Counted from the first letter of the stretch, positions 51,066 to 62,134 are shown. The stretch is DNA of 64,000 nucleotides from Bacteroidota bacterium (GCA_003554865.1 PWHJ01000025.1:6822-70821), one strand, 5' to 3'. The notes: generated by a model not told the origin, from the sequence alone. Translations and numbers: made by a program.

Positions 51066-51515
51066 TTAATCATTGTTCTCCTCAAGAGGGGGAGGATCAA
51101 TATATGTACTTACTATAAAAGCACGCGGATAATCTTTATCAATTTCCGAGAGTACCTTAAGAGCCTGGCTTTTTGTTCTGAAATCACCCACATAAACCTT
51201 AAAGTTGGGCTCGTCATAAACCAGATGAGCTTCAATGTCGGGATACTTCTCATAAAATTCCGCTCTTGCATTAGTGGCATTATTACGTGCTTCATGTCCC
51301 GACTCTGAAAAAATCCTGATCCTGTAGCCGGGTATACCCTCCTTCTCGCTGTTAATGAAAGCATGTCTTTTGAGCAGCTCTTCCAGACGTGAGTCCTGCA
51401 TCACATTAACCTCCCCCTTGCCGCTCCTTTCCTGTGCAAAAACCTCCCCGTCGGATAGGCAGTAAATTCCAGCGAAACACAAAATTGATAACAAAACAAT
51501 ATTAATTCTTGTCAT
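51066..51515 (-). CDS. SPOR domain-containing exported protein
   Basis: Signal peptide VFA-Q, GYRIRIFS, YDEPNFKVYVGDFRTK..A, AFIV. Confidence 0.85.
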   Translation of the reverse strand: MTRINIVLLSILCFAGIYCLSDGEVFAQERSGKGEVNVMQDSRLEELLKRHAFINSEKEGIPGYRIRIFSESGHEARNNATNARAEFYEKYPDIEAHLVYDEPNFKVYVGDFRTKSQALKVLSEIDKDYPRAFIVSTYIDPPPLEENND

Positions 51516-51731
51516 AAGCTTTCAAATGCCGTTAAAAAAAAGCGCTCCTGCAAACTTCATTCCCTCCCCGTTTAAAAATACGGGGTAAAATTATAAAAAA
51601 TTACTTTAACCTGAAATCTCACTCTAAAAACGCAAACATTTGCAAATTAGTTTGATTAATTTCATTAAACACTCTCTACTGCCAACCCCGGGCAAACAGC
51701 TTTATTTTGCAAACGAATTGACAATGGGGGG

Positions 51732-52193
51732 TTAAAAGTCAAGAGGAACAGTTTCTTTGACCTCAAGGGTGCGGGGTACAAGAAAAGCCCTGAATTTTAT
51801 TTTTCCCTCAACGGTAACAGTAGCACTCCTCTCAAACAAAAACCTCATTATTGCAACTCTCCCGCCTGAAAAATCTTCAATATCAATATTAACGTTTAAA
51901 GGATAAACGGCGGATGAACGTCCCTGAATTACAACATCTCCCATTTCGGTTATTTTGCCGAGCTGCCTGTTGTTGAGAAAAACATCAATATCCGCATCAA
52001 CAAGACGCACCCGGAAAGCATTGGGATTATCGACAGGAACATGCAGCTCCAGTTCAATGCCTTTTTCACCGAATCCTATGAACTCAAAATGCTCAATCTC
52101 GCCGACTTCGATCTCTTCAATTTTTGTGCAACCGGCCGATAAAAGGATCAGGAACCCCAAAAAAGCAAAAAAGTAAATCCGGTAAAGGGTCAT
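51732..52193 (-). CDS. LEA type 2 / WHy domain lipoprotein
   Basis: Lipobox LSAGC, V.VDNPNAF.V.L motif, LNNRQLG. Confidence 0.8.
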   Translation of the reverse strand: MTLYRIYFFAFLGFLILLSAGCTKIEEIEVGEIEHFEFIGFGEKGIELELHVPVDNPNAFRVRLVDADIDVFLNNRQLGKITEMGDVVIQGRSSAVYPLNVNIDIEDFSGGRVAIMRFLFERSATVTVEGKIKFRAFLVPRTLEVKETVPLDF

Positions 52194-52410
52194 TGATAAA
52201 ATTTTAATTTGAAAGGGGAAAAATAATAAAAAAAATTGAATTGCATCCGGTCAAGGGAACAGCTGAAGAAAAATTCGGAATCTGCACAATTATCTCAACA
52301 ATACTTCCCTGCACAATTTTACCGGGAATTGCATGAATAGCAATATTGATGATCTGGATGTGGCCGGGATTCGAGTTGGGACCTGGCGCACCCTTTACCT
52401 GAATTAATGA

Positions 52411-53157
52411 TCAGCTTTCCAGGGCCTCAATTACCTCGTCGGTAATTTCAAGGTTGTGGTATACATTCTGTACATCGTCGTCTTCCTCAAGCTCTTCAAT
52501 TACCTTGAGCACCTTGAGGGCATCGTCGCGCTCCAGCTGTTTGTATTCAAACGGTATTCTCCTGAGTTCGGAGTTTTCCGGCTCGATACCCATTTCTTCA
52601 AGTTTTTTTCTCACCTTTCCGAATGATTCAAGTGAAGTGGTTATAGAAAGGGAGTTGTCAAAATATTCGATATCTTCGGCACCTGCGTCAATAACTTCAA
52701 GCTCAAGCATTTCCCTGTCACCAACAGCTTCTTTATCAATGGTAATAGAGCCTTTTCTCTCAAAAAGGAAGCTGACAGAACCGCTGGTAGCCAGGTTGCC
52801 TCCCTTTTTATTGAAAATGGCTCGTATATTACCTACAGTTCTTTGATTATTATCTGTTAATGACTCGATAAAAACGGCTATTCCATGGGGAGCATAACCT
52901 TCGTAAGTTATCTCCTGGAGATTTGATGAATCTTTGTCGGCTTTACTGATGGCCCGTTCAATATTGTCTTTGGGCATATTGGCCCCTTTTGCATTGGCAA
53001 TGGCCATGCGAAGACGCGAATTTTTCGCCGGATCGGCTCCTCCTTCCTTTATGGCTATTTCTATCTCTTTGACAAGCCTTGAGAAGAGCTTTGAACGCCT
53101 TGCATCCTGCGCCCATTTTTTCCTTTTAATTGAAGACCATTTATTGTGTCCAGCCAT
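52411..53157 (-). CDS. YebC/PmpR family protein
   Basis: MAGHNKW..IK.KK, NMPKDNIERAI, YEGYAPHG, TDNNQRT, LEEDDDVQNVYHN. Confidence 0.96.
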   Translation of the reverse strand: MAGHNKWSSIKRKKWAQDARRSKLFSRLVKEIEIAIKEGGADPAKNSRLRMAIANAKGANMPKDNIERAISKADKDSSNLQEITYEGYAPHGIAVFIESLTDNNQRTVGNIRAIFNKKGGNLATSGSVSFLFERKGSITIDKEAVGDREMLELEVIDAGAEDIEYFDNSLSITTSLESFGKVRKKLEEMGIEPENSELRRIPFEYKQLERDDALKVLKVIEELEEDDDVQNVYHNLEITDEVIEALES

Positions 53158-53192
53158 ATTCTATTGCCTGAAAGTTTAACATTAATTTTTGC

Positions 53193-53200
53193 CAAAAATA
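53193..53200 (-). promoter_or_regulatory. Putative -7 promoter element (TATTTTTG) for the yebC-family gene
   Basis: TAnnTTTG on the minus strand, 35 bp upstream of the ATG. Confidence 0.45.
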
Positions 53201-53317
53201 CAAGTCTGTAAAATTGCACTTTTTTTACAAACTATTATACCCCCGTCTTTATTTTAAAGACTTATTCTGCAATCTTAAAGAAAAGCTGCCGTTATTTAAT
53301 ATCCGGAATGCAATATG

Positions 53318-53325
53318 TATCTTTG
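53318..53325 (+). promoter_or_regulatory. Putative -7 promoter element (TATCTTTG) for miaB
   Basis: TAnnTTTG match 20 bp upstream of the ATG. Confidence 0.55.
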
Positions 53326-53345
53326 CATAAATCTCTCAATAAAAG

Positions 53346-54752
53346 ATGCTAAAAGAAAAACCCGTAAATAAAACAAACCCGGCCGCTCATGTAACTCCTG
53401 CCGAATATGGGAGGGTGTATATAGAAACTTTCGGTTGTCAGATGAATGTAAGTGACAGCCAGGTGGCAGTTTCGGTATTGAAGAAGAAGGGGCTGGAGGT
53501 TACAGACAACATTGGCGAAGCTGATGTTATCCTTGTAAACACCTGCTCAATAAGAGAAAATGCTGAAAAGAGGGTTTGGGGGCGTCTGCAGGTTTTTGCA
53601 GGGGAAAAAAAGAGGCGGCCCGGGGTAATAGTGGGGGTAATAGGATGCATGGCTGAACGACTTAAGAGTCAACTCCTTGATAATAGCGCAACTGTTGATA
53701 TAGTGGCAGGTCCGGATGCATACCGCAAGCTGCCCGAACTGATCGAAGAGGCCTCTTCCGGCCAGCAGGCAATAAATGTATTGCTCAGCCGTGAAGAAAC
53801 ATATGCTGATATAGAGCCTGTCCGTTCAGGGAAAAACAATGTTACCGCATTTGTCTCTATTATGCGGGGATGCAACAATTTCTGCTCGTACTGTGTTGTC
53901 CCCTTCACAAGGGGCAGGGAAAGAAGCCGTGCCCCCTCCACAATTCTCGGGGAAGTGAGGACTCTGATAGAAAATGGATACAAAGAGGTGACCCTTTTGG
54001 GGCAAAATGTCAACTCGTACAGGTGGACTGACTCTCAGGGAGATGAAGTTATGGATTTTCCCGAACTGATCGAAAAAGTGGCCCTCCTGTCTCCCGATCT
54101 CAGAGTACGTTTTTCCACATCACATCCGAAAGATATAAGCGACAAGCTGCTTTACACCATAGCAGCACACAAAAATATATGCAAACACATTCACCTGCCG
54201 GTGCAATCGGGCAGCAGTCGTATACTGAAACTGATGAACAGGGCTTACACCCGTGAAAGTTATATGGAAAGGATCAATGCTGTAAAAACTATAATTCCCG
54301 GTTGTACAGTTACAACTGATATTATAGCAGGCTTTTGCTCGGAAACTGAGAAGGATCATCAGCAAACCATTTCACTTATTAAAGAGGCAGGTTTTGATTT
54401 TGCATTTATGTTTAAATACTCGGAACGCCCCGGAACACCTGCCGGAGATAAACTGACCGACGATGTGGCGGAAGAGGTAAAAACAAGAAGGCTCAACGAG
54501 ATTATAGAACTGCAAAACAGCTTGTCAGCAGAAAGTAAAAAAAATGATCTGGGAAAAGTTTATAAAGTGCTGGCCGAAAGTTTTTCCAAAAAATCAGAAA
54601 ATGAGCTTTTCGGACGCACCTCACATAACAAGTCAGCAGTATTTCCCAAACAGAATTACCAACCGGGTGATTATGTAAATGTGAAAATTACAGGTCACAC
54701 CTCGGCAACACTGATAGGCTGTCCGGAAAAAACCTTGTCACCGGTGCTCTAG
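53346..54752 (+). CDS. miaB: tRNA-2-methylthio-N6-dimethylallyladenosine synthase
   Basis: ETFGCQMN, NTCSIRE, GCMA, radical SAM CNNFCSYC, RGRERSR, FKYSERPGT, TRAM domain. Confidence 0.96.
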   Translation: MLKEKPVNKTNPAAHVTPAEYGRVYIETFGCQMNVSDSQVAVSVLKKKGLEVTDNIGEADVILVNTCSIRENAEKRVWGRLQVFAGEKKRRPGVIVGVIGCMAERLKSQLLDNSATVDIVAGPDAYRKLPELIEEASSGQQAINVLLSREETYADIEPVRSGKNNVTAFVSIMRGCNNFCSYCVVPFTRGRERSRAPSTILGEVRTLIENGYKEVTLLGQNVNSYRWTDSQGDEVMDFPELIEKVALLSPDLRVRFSTSHPKDISDKLLYTIAAHKNICKHIHLPVQSGSSRILKLMNRAYTRESYMERINAVKTIIPGCTVTTDIIAGFCSETEKDHQQTISLIKEAGFDFAFMFKYSERPGTPAGDKLTDDVAEEVKTRRLNEIIELQNSLSAESKKNDLGKVYKVLAESFSKKSENELFGRTSHNKSAVFPKQNYQPGDYVNVKITGHTSATLIGCPEKTLSPVL

Positions 54753-54822
54753 ACAGCAGAGCTTTAGGATAATTAATTGCTCAGCTGGCGGCCGGCAGGT
54801 AATCATTGGCAGGTCTGCACGG

Positions 54823-56571
54823 CTACTTCTCAACCTTTATTTTCAATTCCTTTAGCTGCTCCTGTGATATAGGAGAAGGAGTGTTTATCATCACATCACG
54901 GCCGGCATTGTTTTTGGGAAATGCAATATAATCGCGAATTGATTCAGACCCGCCAAACAAAGCCACCCAGCGATCGAAACCAAAAGCGATCCCTCCGTGA
55001 GGGGGAGTGCCATAGCGCAAAGCATCCATAAAAAAGCCGAACTGCTCGCGGGCCTGCCTGGGAGTAAAGCCCAGAATTTCAAACATTTTTTGCTGCAATT
55101 GAGAATTATGTATCCGAACAGACCCCCCCCCGATTTCCACACCGTTTATTACCAGATCGTATGCATTTGCACGAACATTTCCAGGATCGGTATCAAGGAG
55201 TGGAATATCCTCATCTTTAGGAGAAGTAAAAGGGTGATGCATTGAATAGTATCTTTGCGTTTCATCGTCCCACTCCAAAAGGGGAAAATCAACAACCCAC
55301 AGCGGGGCAAACTCTCCATCCTTTCTCAGTCCGAGCCGCCCGGCCACTTCAAGCCGCAGCTCACCCAAAGCTTTAAGTGTCTTCCTCCGTTCGCCGGCCA
55401 ATATTAAAAGCATATCTCCTGTCCCTGCATTAAATTGATCCATGAGGCTTTTAAGCTTCTCTTCACCGAAAAACTTATCGACAGAGGAGCTCACAGACCC
55501 GTCCTCTTTGAATTTTACATAAACCAACCCTTTTGCACCTATCTGGGGTTTTTTCACAAAGGAGGTAAGCTGATCCGTCTCTTTCCTGGTAAAGGAAGCT
55601 CCCTGCCTTACACATATCCCCCCGATGTATTCGGCATTGTCAAATATTGCAAACCCCTCTCCCTTTACAGCAGGTGTTATCTCCCTTATTTTCATACCGA
55701 ACCTGATATCTGGCTTGTCGGTACCGTAGCTGTCTATAGCCTGCCGGTAAGGAGTGCAGGGAAAAGGACCGCTGAACTCATGCCCTTTCAGCTTCATAAA
55801 AAGGTGCTTGGTCAGGCCTTCAAATGTTTTAAGCAGATCTTCCTGCTCAACGAAAGACATTTCACAATCCACCTGTGTAAACTCAGGTTGCCTGTCCGCC
55901 CTCAAATCCTCATCCCTGAAACACTTCACTATCTGGTAATATTTGTCATAACCGGAAATCATCAAAAGCTGCTTAAACATCTGGGGCGACTGGGGCAGGG
56001 CATAAAACTCACCGGGATTCAGCCTTGAGGGAACAACATAATCCCTTGCTCCTTCAGGAGTAGACTTAATTAAAAAAGGGGTTTCAACCTCCATAAAATC
56101 CATCGAGTTAAGATAAAACCTTACCTCGGAAGCCATTCGGTGTCTCAGATACAGATTTTTTTGAAGGGCCCCCCGTCGCAGATCAAGATAGCGGTACTTC
56201 ATTCGCAGCTCATCCCCACCGTCGGTTTCATCCTCGATTGTGAAAGGAGGCAGTTCGGAAGTATTGAGCAGGTCCAGGCGTTCAACCTCAATTTCAATCT
56301 CACCGGTTGGCATCTTCGGGTTTTTATTGCTTCTCTCGCAAACTTTTCCCCTGACAGAGACCACGTATTCTCTTCCCAGCTCGCGTGCCCGCAAACACAA
56401 ATCTGCATTTGCATCCATGTTGAACACCAGCTGAGTGATACCGTAGCGGTCACGCAAATCGACAAATGTCATACCCCCAAGATTGCGTATTCGCTGAACC
56501 CATCCGCTTAATGTCACTTCCGAGCCAATATTGCTTATATTCAGCTCTCCACAGGTGTGTGATCTGTACAT
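54823..56571 (-). CDS. aspS: Aspartate--tRNA ligase (probably discriminating)
   Basis: [10 protein letters not shown] start at 56571, RNLGG (Leu rather than His), [43 protein letters not shown]. Confidence 0.97.
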   Translation of the reverse strand: MYRSHTCGELNISNIGSEVTLSGWVQRIRNLGGMTFVDLRDRYGITQLVFNMDANADLCLRARELGREYVVSVRGKVCERSNKNPKMPTGEIEIEVERLDLLNTSELPPFTIEDETDGGDELRMKYRYLDLRRGALQKNLYLRHRMASEVRFYLNSMDFMEVETPFLIKSTPEGARDYVVPSRLNPGEFYALPQSPQMFKQLLMISGYDKYYQIVKCFRDEDLRADRQPEFTQVDCEMSFVEQEDLLKTFEGLTKHLFMKLKGHEFSGPFPCTPYRQAIDSYGTDKPDIRFGMKIREITPAVKGEGFAIFDNAEYIGGICVRQGASFTRKETDQLTSFVKKPQIGAKGLVYVKFKEDGSVSSSVDKFFGEEKLKSLMDQFNAGTGDMLLILAGERRKTLKALGELRLEVAGRLGLRKDGEFAPLWVVDFPLLEWDDETQRYYSMHHPFTSPKDEDIPLLDTDPGNVRANAYDLVINGVEIGGGSVRIHNSQLQQKMFEILGFTPRQAREQFGFFMDALRYGTPPHGGIAFGFDRWVALFGGSESIRDYIAFPKNNAGRDVMINTPSPISQEQLKELKIKVEK

Positions 56572-56671
56572 TGTCTCAAATTTTGTTATTTTGCGAAAAT
56601 AAGAAGAATTTTGCACTTACTTTATGACCGTTATAAAAAATTGTATTTGCTGACTTTTATCCCGATAGGCA

Positions 56672-57121
56672 ATGGACCCTATGCCGTTAAATGATGACCA
56701 TTTCATGAAGGAAGCCCTCAAGGAGGCACACAAAGCCCTTGCAAAAGATGAAGTTCCCGTCGGAGCGGTCATTGTATGCGATAAAACCATAATTGCACGG
56801 GCCTTCAATATGACTGAAACACTTAACGACCCGACAGCACATGCTGAAATGCAAGCTTTTACAGCCGCATCTAATTATCTGGGAGGAAAATACCTTACAG
56901 ATTGCATACTTTACGTAACACTCGAGCCATGTCTAATGTGTGCCGGAGCATCTTACTGGACCCGGATAAAAAAAATAGTCTACGGGGCAGGTGATCCCAA
57001 GCGGGGCTACACAGTAACGGGAGGTGATCCGCTTCATCCCCGGACCACCGTAGTTTCAGGTGTTCAGGAAAAAGAGTGCTCGGGGTTACTTGAAGATTTC
57101 TTTAAAAGCAAAAGAAAATAA
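56672..57121 (+). CDS. tadA: tRNA adenosine(34) deaminase / nucleoside deaminase
   Basis: EVPVGAV, DPTAHAE, TLEPCLMCAG zinc motif. Confidence 0.88.
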   Translation: MDPMPLNDDHFMKEALKEAHKALAKDEVPVGAVIVCDKTIIARAFNMTETLNDPTAHAEMQAFTAASNYLGGKYLTDCILYVTLEPCLMCAGASYWTRIKKIVYGAGDPKRGYTVTGGDPLHPRTTVVSGVQEKECSGLLEDFFKSKRK

Positions 57122-57328
57122 AATTAACATTATAAGACTCTTTTTTATTGCTTTTATAATTGACATACTCTGCTCCACCAGGCGGTCAGACAAAACAAGA
57201 CGGACGAAAACGGGAGGTTTACCACATTCGATTTTCTTTTTACAGGGATGCAAACTGCTTATTGTAAAAATCCAAAGAAACAGTTAGCTTTATAACAATT
57301 TTATTATTAACCTGAAAATAAATTTTTC

Positions 57329-60178
57329 ATGAAAAAGTTCAACTTGTTACACAAGAGGCTTCCCTTGCTTGTTATGTTTTTTTGCCTGGCAGCCTCCGCA
57401 TCTCTGAATGCCGAAAACGAACTCCCCCCGGTAAGCTGGTACGACGTACCGGATTGGAAACATATTCCGGGCGGATCGGTAACCCTTTCAAATGACGGCA
57501 ACTGGCTTGCCTACTGGTACAGTCCGAATAACGGCAATTCCCAGCTTGTGCTCCAGCACACTGTTGACACAACGAAAAAGGTGTTTGAAATTGGTGAAAC
57601 ATCACGTGGTGCAAATGCAATCCAATTCAACGAATCCTCCGATCACCTTGCCTTCATTGTTTTTCCCACACAAGAAGAGAAAAAGAAGGCTCCCCGTGAC
57701 AACCCTCCGCAAAACGATGTCAGGTTAATTGACCTTGGCAGTATGGAGGAAAAAGTTTTTGAAAATGTTAAGGATTTTTCCTTTTCAGGAGAAAATCCCA
57801 AATGGCTGGCCGTACATCTTACAACCCCCGAACCTTCAAATGACGAGGATGCAGGCAGCGGCACCGACCTGCTGCTTTATAACCTTCAAAGCAGCAATCA
57901 GCTGAGCTTTGGCAATGTATCAGACTACAGCTTTGACAAAAAAGGAAACTGGCTGGCCTGGCTGATTGACACATACGGCAAATCCGGCAACGGAGTACAT
58001 TTCCGCAACATGAACACAGGAACAGTGATCCCGGCAGAAAGCGGTAAGGCAAAATACAGGTATCTAAACTGGACGGATGAAGGCGAAGGACTTGCGGTTC
58101 TCAAGGGCAAGGAAGACGAGAACCGGGAGGATATGCTATACAGCGTTGTCGCTTTCAGGGATTTTGAAAACGCCCCGGTTAAAGTGGAATACGACCCACA
58201 CAAAGATGAACAGTTCCCTGAAAAAATGACAATCAGTCCGAACCTGGCACCACGATGGTCGGAAAATATGGAAACACTTTTTTTCGGAATTCACGAGGCT
58301 GAAAGAAAACAAAACGGTGATACAGAAGAGACAGAAGAGGAAACCGGAGAAGAAAGGGCTACACTTGAGGAAAGCGAAGAGGAAAAACCGGAGGTGGTAA
58401 TATGGCACTGGTTGGATGACAGGCTGCAGTCAGTTCAGCAGCGCCAGGAAAACCGTGACAGGCGCTTCAGTTACCTTTCAGCCTACCACCTGGATGAAGA
58501 GCGGTTCGTACAGCTTGCAGACGACAATATACGTTCTGTGGATGTAGCACCAAAAGATAATTTTGCATTAGGCACCGACGTAACGGATTATCAGCTAAAA
58601 GCCGGATTGAGCGGGCGCAGTTATGCGGATGTCTATTCAATAGATGTATCGACCGGAGAAAAAGAGCTGATACTTGAAGAACACCGCATGCTGGGTGGCC
58701 TCAGGCCATCGCCGGGGGAAGAGGTCTTCCTTTTTTACAGGGAGGGGGATTATTACACATATAATTTAAAAACAGGGGAAAAGATTAACATAACTGAAAA
58801 CCTGCCAACCCATTTTACAGACGACACTTTTGACCGAAATGTTAAATTCCCTCCAACGCCGGCATGGGGATGGACAAGTGATTCAAAATATACTCTTATA
58901 AGAGATAACTGGGATCTCTGGAAGATTTCCTCCGACGGCAAAGAGTTTGAAAACCTCACACAAAACGGCGCGGAAAACAAATGGCGCTATCGTTACCATT
59001 TCCGGCTTGATCCCGGCGAAGAGGGTATCGATTTAAGCAAACCTTTGTACTTAAGCGTTTTTGACGATACAAACAAACAAACCGGAATTGCCAGAATAGA
59101 TAACGGAGAGGCAGGTGCAAAAATATTAATGATGGATGATGCCGTGTACGGAAACCTCAACAAGGTTGAGGATGAGGATATTTTTTACTTCACCAGGCAG
59201 ACCTCCACAGATCCGCCCGATTATTATATAAGCAGGGAGAAAAATCTTACCGGAGCCGAGAAAGTTACCGAGATCTACCCCGAAAGTGAAAATTTTGCCC
59301 TTTCACCCGGCTCCAGGCTGATATCTTTTGTAAGCGACAAGGGAGACACCCTTGATGCGGCACTTTTCCTGCCGGCAGGATACGAGGAAGGAGAAAAATA
59401 CCCCACTGTCGTTTACATTTACGAACGCCTCACACAGGGTCTGAACAGCTATACAAGACCATCCATACCAGGCGGGGGGTTTAACAGAGAAATGTACACC
59501 AGTAACGGATATGCAGTTTTAATGCCTGATATTGTCTACAGTAGTAACGACCCCGGCATGTCTTCCGTATGGTGCGTATTGCCAGCCGTAGACGCCGCCG
59601 TTGAGACCGGTGTGGTTGACCCTGACAATATCGGCATTCACGGGCATTCATGGGGTGGTTACCAAACCTCATTTTTAATAACACAGACCGATATATTCAA
59701 GGCGGCTGTGGCAGGGGCACCCCTGACCAACATGATCAGCATGTACAGTCTCATATACTGGAATACAGGCAGCACTAACCAGCCGATCTTTGAAAGCAGC
59801 CAGGGGCGCTTTGAAGGAGGCTACTGGGATCACTGGGAAGCATACAAACGGAATTCACCGGTTTATTATGCCGAAAATGTAGAAACCCCGCTTCTTCTCA
59901 TGCACAATGATGAAGACGGTGCTGTTGACTTCACCCAGGGTATCGAATATTACAACACTTTGCGCAGGCTGAGAAAACCGGTCGTTATGCTCCAGTACCC
60001 CGGTGAGAACCATTCTCTTGCAAAAACCCCAAACAGGATAGATTATGCTTTCCGCATGATGGAGTTTATGGATCATTACCTGAAAGGGGCAGATGCTCCC
60101 GGGTGGCTTGAAGATGGCATACCTTTGCTGGAAATGGAAAACCACCTGAAAGAGCGGCCGGCAATACTTGACAGATAG
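57329..60178 (+). CDS. Exported S9 (prolyl oligopeptidase / acylaminoacyl peptidase) family serine peptidase
   Basis: Signal peptide, beta-propeller-like N-terminal region, GHSWGG nucleophile, DEDGAVD Asp, ENHSL His. Confidence 0.92.
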   Translation: MKKFNLLHKRLPLLVMFFCLAASASLNAENELPPVSWYDVPDWKHIPGGSVTLSNDGNWLAYWYSPNNGNSQLVLQHTVDTTKKVFEIGETSRGANAIQFNESSDHLAFIVFPTQEEKKKAPRDNPPQNDVRLIDLGSMEEKVFENVKDFSFSGENPKWLAVHLTTPEPSNDEDAGSGTDLLLYNLQSSNQLSFGNVSDYSFDKKGNWLAWLIDTYGKSGNGVHFRNMNTGTVIPAESGKAKYRYLNWTDEGEGLAVLKGKEDENREDMLYSVVAFRDFENAPVKVEYDPHKDEQFPEKMTISPNLAPRWSENMETLFFGIHEAERKQNGDTEETEEETGEERATLEESEEEKPEVVIWHWLDDRLQSVQQRQENRDRRFSYLSAYHLDEERFVQLADDNIRSVDVAPKDNFALGTDVTDYQLKAGLSGRSYADVYSIDVSTGEKELILEEHRMLGGLRPSPGEEVFLFYREGDYYTYNLKTGEKINITENLPTHFTDDTFDRNVKFPPTPAWGWTSDSKYTLIRDNWDLWKISSDGKEFENLTQNGAENKWRYRYHFRLDPGEEGIDLSKPLYLSVFDDTNKQTGIARIDNGEAGAKILMMDDAVYGNLNKVEDEDIFYFTRQTSTDPPDYYISREKNLTGAEKVTEIYPESENFALSPGSRLISFVSDKGDTLDAALFLPAGYEEGEKYPTVVYIYERLTQGLNSYTRPSIPGGGFNREMYTSNGYAVLMPDIVYSSNDPGMSSVWCVLPAVDAAVETGVVDPDNIGIHGHSWGGYQTSFLITQTDIFKAAVAGAPLTNMISMYSLIYWNTGSTNQPIFESSQGRFEGGYWDHWEAYKRNSPVYYAENVETPLLLMHNDEDGAVDFTQGIEYYNTLRRLRKPVVMLQYPGENHSLAKTPNRIDYAFRMMEFMDHYLKGADAPGWLEDGIPLLEMENHLKERPAILDR

Positions 60179-60229
60179 ACAAAAGAGATAAAATCCGGAC
60201 AAAAGATACTGTCCGCCCAAAGCTCCGTT

Positions 60230-60265
60230 AAAAAGCCCTTTCGTAACTCACGAAAGGGCTTTTTT
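60230..60265. terminator. Bidirectional intrinsic terminator
   Basis: AAAAAGCCCTTTCGT - AACTC - ACGAAAGGGCTTTTTT between convergent genes. Confidence 0.85.
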
Positions 60266-60338
60266 GCATTCACACGAATCAGATTTACCGAACTAATATT
60301 CAGCAAGTTATCACTTAACAAGGACTAGCGGTAGAAAG

Positions 60339-61790
60339 TCATGAAACCTGCTTTATAGCCCAGTCAAATGCCTCATCAACCATTTCCGGGGGGGGTTGCT
60401 GGATGTATCCCTCATTTATCAGTTTTTGTGTCATGTTCCTTGCCAGCTCGATATCTTTTTGAGCCTGATTGTATGCTTCATCCCATGTAAGGGTTTTACG
60501 TGCCACACCGTCTTCTATAGCCTGCATTGCCACATCGGCTGCTTCATGTGGGAATACTCCGTGCTCCTGCATCGAAGGTATAATATTGTCAGGCTTAATA
60601 CCCCGCTTCTCGGCAAATTTTGCAAGGGATCCGGCGGCAGCAATGGCCATTTCATCGGTAATACCAGTGGCATTGGTAAGCAACGCACCTTTCAGTATGC
60701 CGGGGAATCCGAGAGAATTGTTCACCTGATTCGGGAAGTCACCCCTGCCGGTTGCAGTTATAAAAGCACCCTGCTCTTCAGCCTCATAAGGGTACATTTC
60801 AGGTACAGGATTGGCACAAAGGAAGACTATCGGCTTGTCAGCCATTTTCTTAACTAACGCGGGATCCAGGCTCGGGCCGGGCTTGGATAGTGCAACAAGG
60901 GCGTCGGCGCCTTCAAGAGCTTCTTCAATTGTCTCGACACAGTCCGGATTAGTAGCTGTACAAACCTCCCATTTCGGATAAAATCTTGGATCATCCTCTA
61001 TATCTTTTCTGTTTTTGTGCAACCCGCCCTTGGAGTCAAGCATAATGGTTTTCTTCGGATCTGCCCCTGCTTTGAACATTATTCTTGCAACGGCAGTATT
61101 GGATGCACCTGCACCGAAGAGGACTATCTTGGAATCTTCCATTTTCTTGTCAGCCAGCTTAAATGCATTAAACAAGGCGGCCAGTGTCACACATGCAGTC
61201 CCCTGCGCATCATCATGCCATACAGGGATTTCACACTCTTCCCTTAAGGTGTCAAGCACTTTATAGCAATTCGGTGAAGAAATGTCCTCCAGATTTATTC
61301 CGCCGAAACTGTATTGCGACATTTTCACGAAATCTATGATCTTGTCGGGATCATTCATTCCGCTCTTGTCGCGGCTGTCAACACACAAGGCAACAGCATC
61401 AACCCCGCCAAGGTATTTCATCAAAAATGCCTTACCTTCCATAACACCCAGTCCGCCTGGGGGAGTAACGTCACCGTCGCCCAAAACCCTGGTAGAATCG
61501 CTGACAACGGCCACAAGATTGCCCCTGTTGGACAATTCATATGATAGCTCGTTATTGTCGCGAATTTCAGTGGAAATTTTAGAAACACCCGGCGTATACC
61601 ATACATTGAACCAGTTGAACCCAATAACCGGAGCCTTGGGAATGGTCTGCATTTTACCTTTGTAATAATTGTGGGAAAGCTCAGCAAGCCGCTTTAAAAA
61701 CAATGTTTTTGCTTTTGCGATTTGCTCCTGGGTAAAGTTCCCAGGAAATACTTCATTTAAATTGTCGAGGGTCAGATTAATTTTTGCCAT
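60339..61790 (-). CDS. NAD(P)-dependent malic enzyme (stand-alone, no PTA domain)
   Basis: YTPGV, VMEGKA.L.K, GGINLEDI, WHDDAQGT, GAGAS, ANPVPE, TGRGDFPNQVNN. Confidence 0.93.
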   Translation of the reverse strand: MAKINLTLDNLNEVFPGNFTQEQIAKAKTLFLKRLAELSHNYYKGKMQTIPKAPVIGFNWFNVWYTPGVSKISTEIRDNNELSYELSNRGNLVAVVSDSTRVLGDGDVTPPGGLGVMEGKAFLMKYLGGVDAVALCVDSRDKSGMNDPDKIIDFVKMSQYSFGGINLEDISSPNCYKVLDTLREECEIPVWHDDAQGTACVTLAALFNAFKLADKKMEDSKIVLFGAGASNTAVARIMFKAGADPKKTIMLDSKGGLHKNRKDIEDDPRFYPKWEVCTATNPDCVETIEEALEGADALVALSKPGPSLDPALVKKMADKPIVFLCANPVPEMYPYEAEEQGAFITATGRGDFPNQVNNSLGFPGILKGALLTNATGITDEMAIAAAGSLAKFAEKRGIKPDNIIPSMQEHGVFPHEAADVAMQAIEDGVARKTLTWDEAYNQAQKDIELARNMTQKLINEGYIQQPPPEMVDEAFDWAIKQVS

Positions 61791-62134
61791 AGCCGAAAAC
61801 GATTTAATTTAGATTAGGAAATACATTCTATATGGTAGTAATGTAAAAAAGTGCTTCCTACAAAATTCGGCCTTTCAAAACCCTCTTCCAGCTTTTCGAT
61901 ACCTGCATGCCATTAATAAATTAGCATCATCGTCTGTTTTGAAGGGGAAAAATATTCACAATTTATCAAATATACTAAAAGTGTAAGATTTTTTTATACC
62001 CTCACGAAAAAATCATAAAAAAGTTAATAGTGTTTGACAACCCATGGATCATCTCCCGGTTTTACAGGCGTGAAGAATACAATTCAGTCCTGTTGGTCTG
62101 CCCCCTGCAAGAGGCTTTATAAAACCTCTGAAAG

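Noticed and set aside
52355-52390. tRNA-3'-like string on the minus strand (AGGTCCCAACTCGAATCCCGGCCACATCCA)
   Set aside because: The T-stem does not pair and there is no anticodon or D arm. It does not match either tRNA in the window, so it is probably chance.
53110-53120. YebC KKWAQD instead of the usual KKGAxD; similarly PurF RYETFG instead of RY[G/S]T
   Set aside because: Single-residue differences that could be strain variants or base errors. No functional claim is supportable without alignments.
57160-57230. GGACGAAA in the tadA-S9 spacer suggested a hammerhead ribozyme
   Set aside because: No CUGANGA core and no supporting stems.
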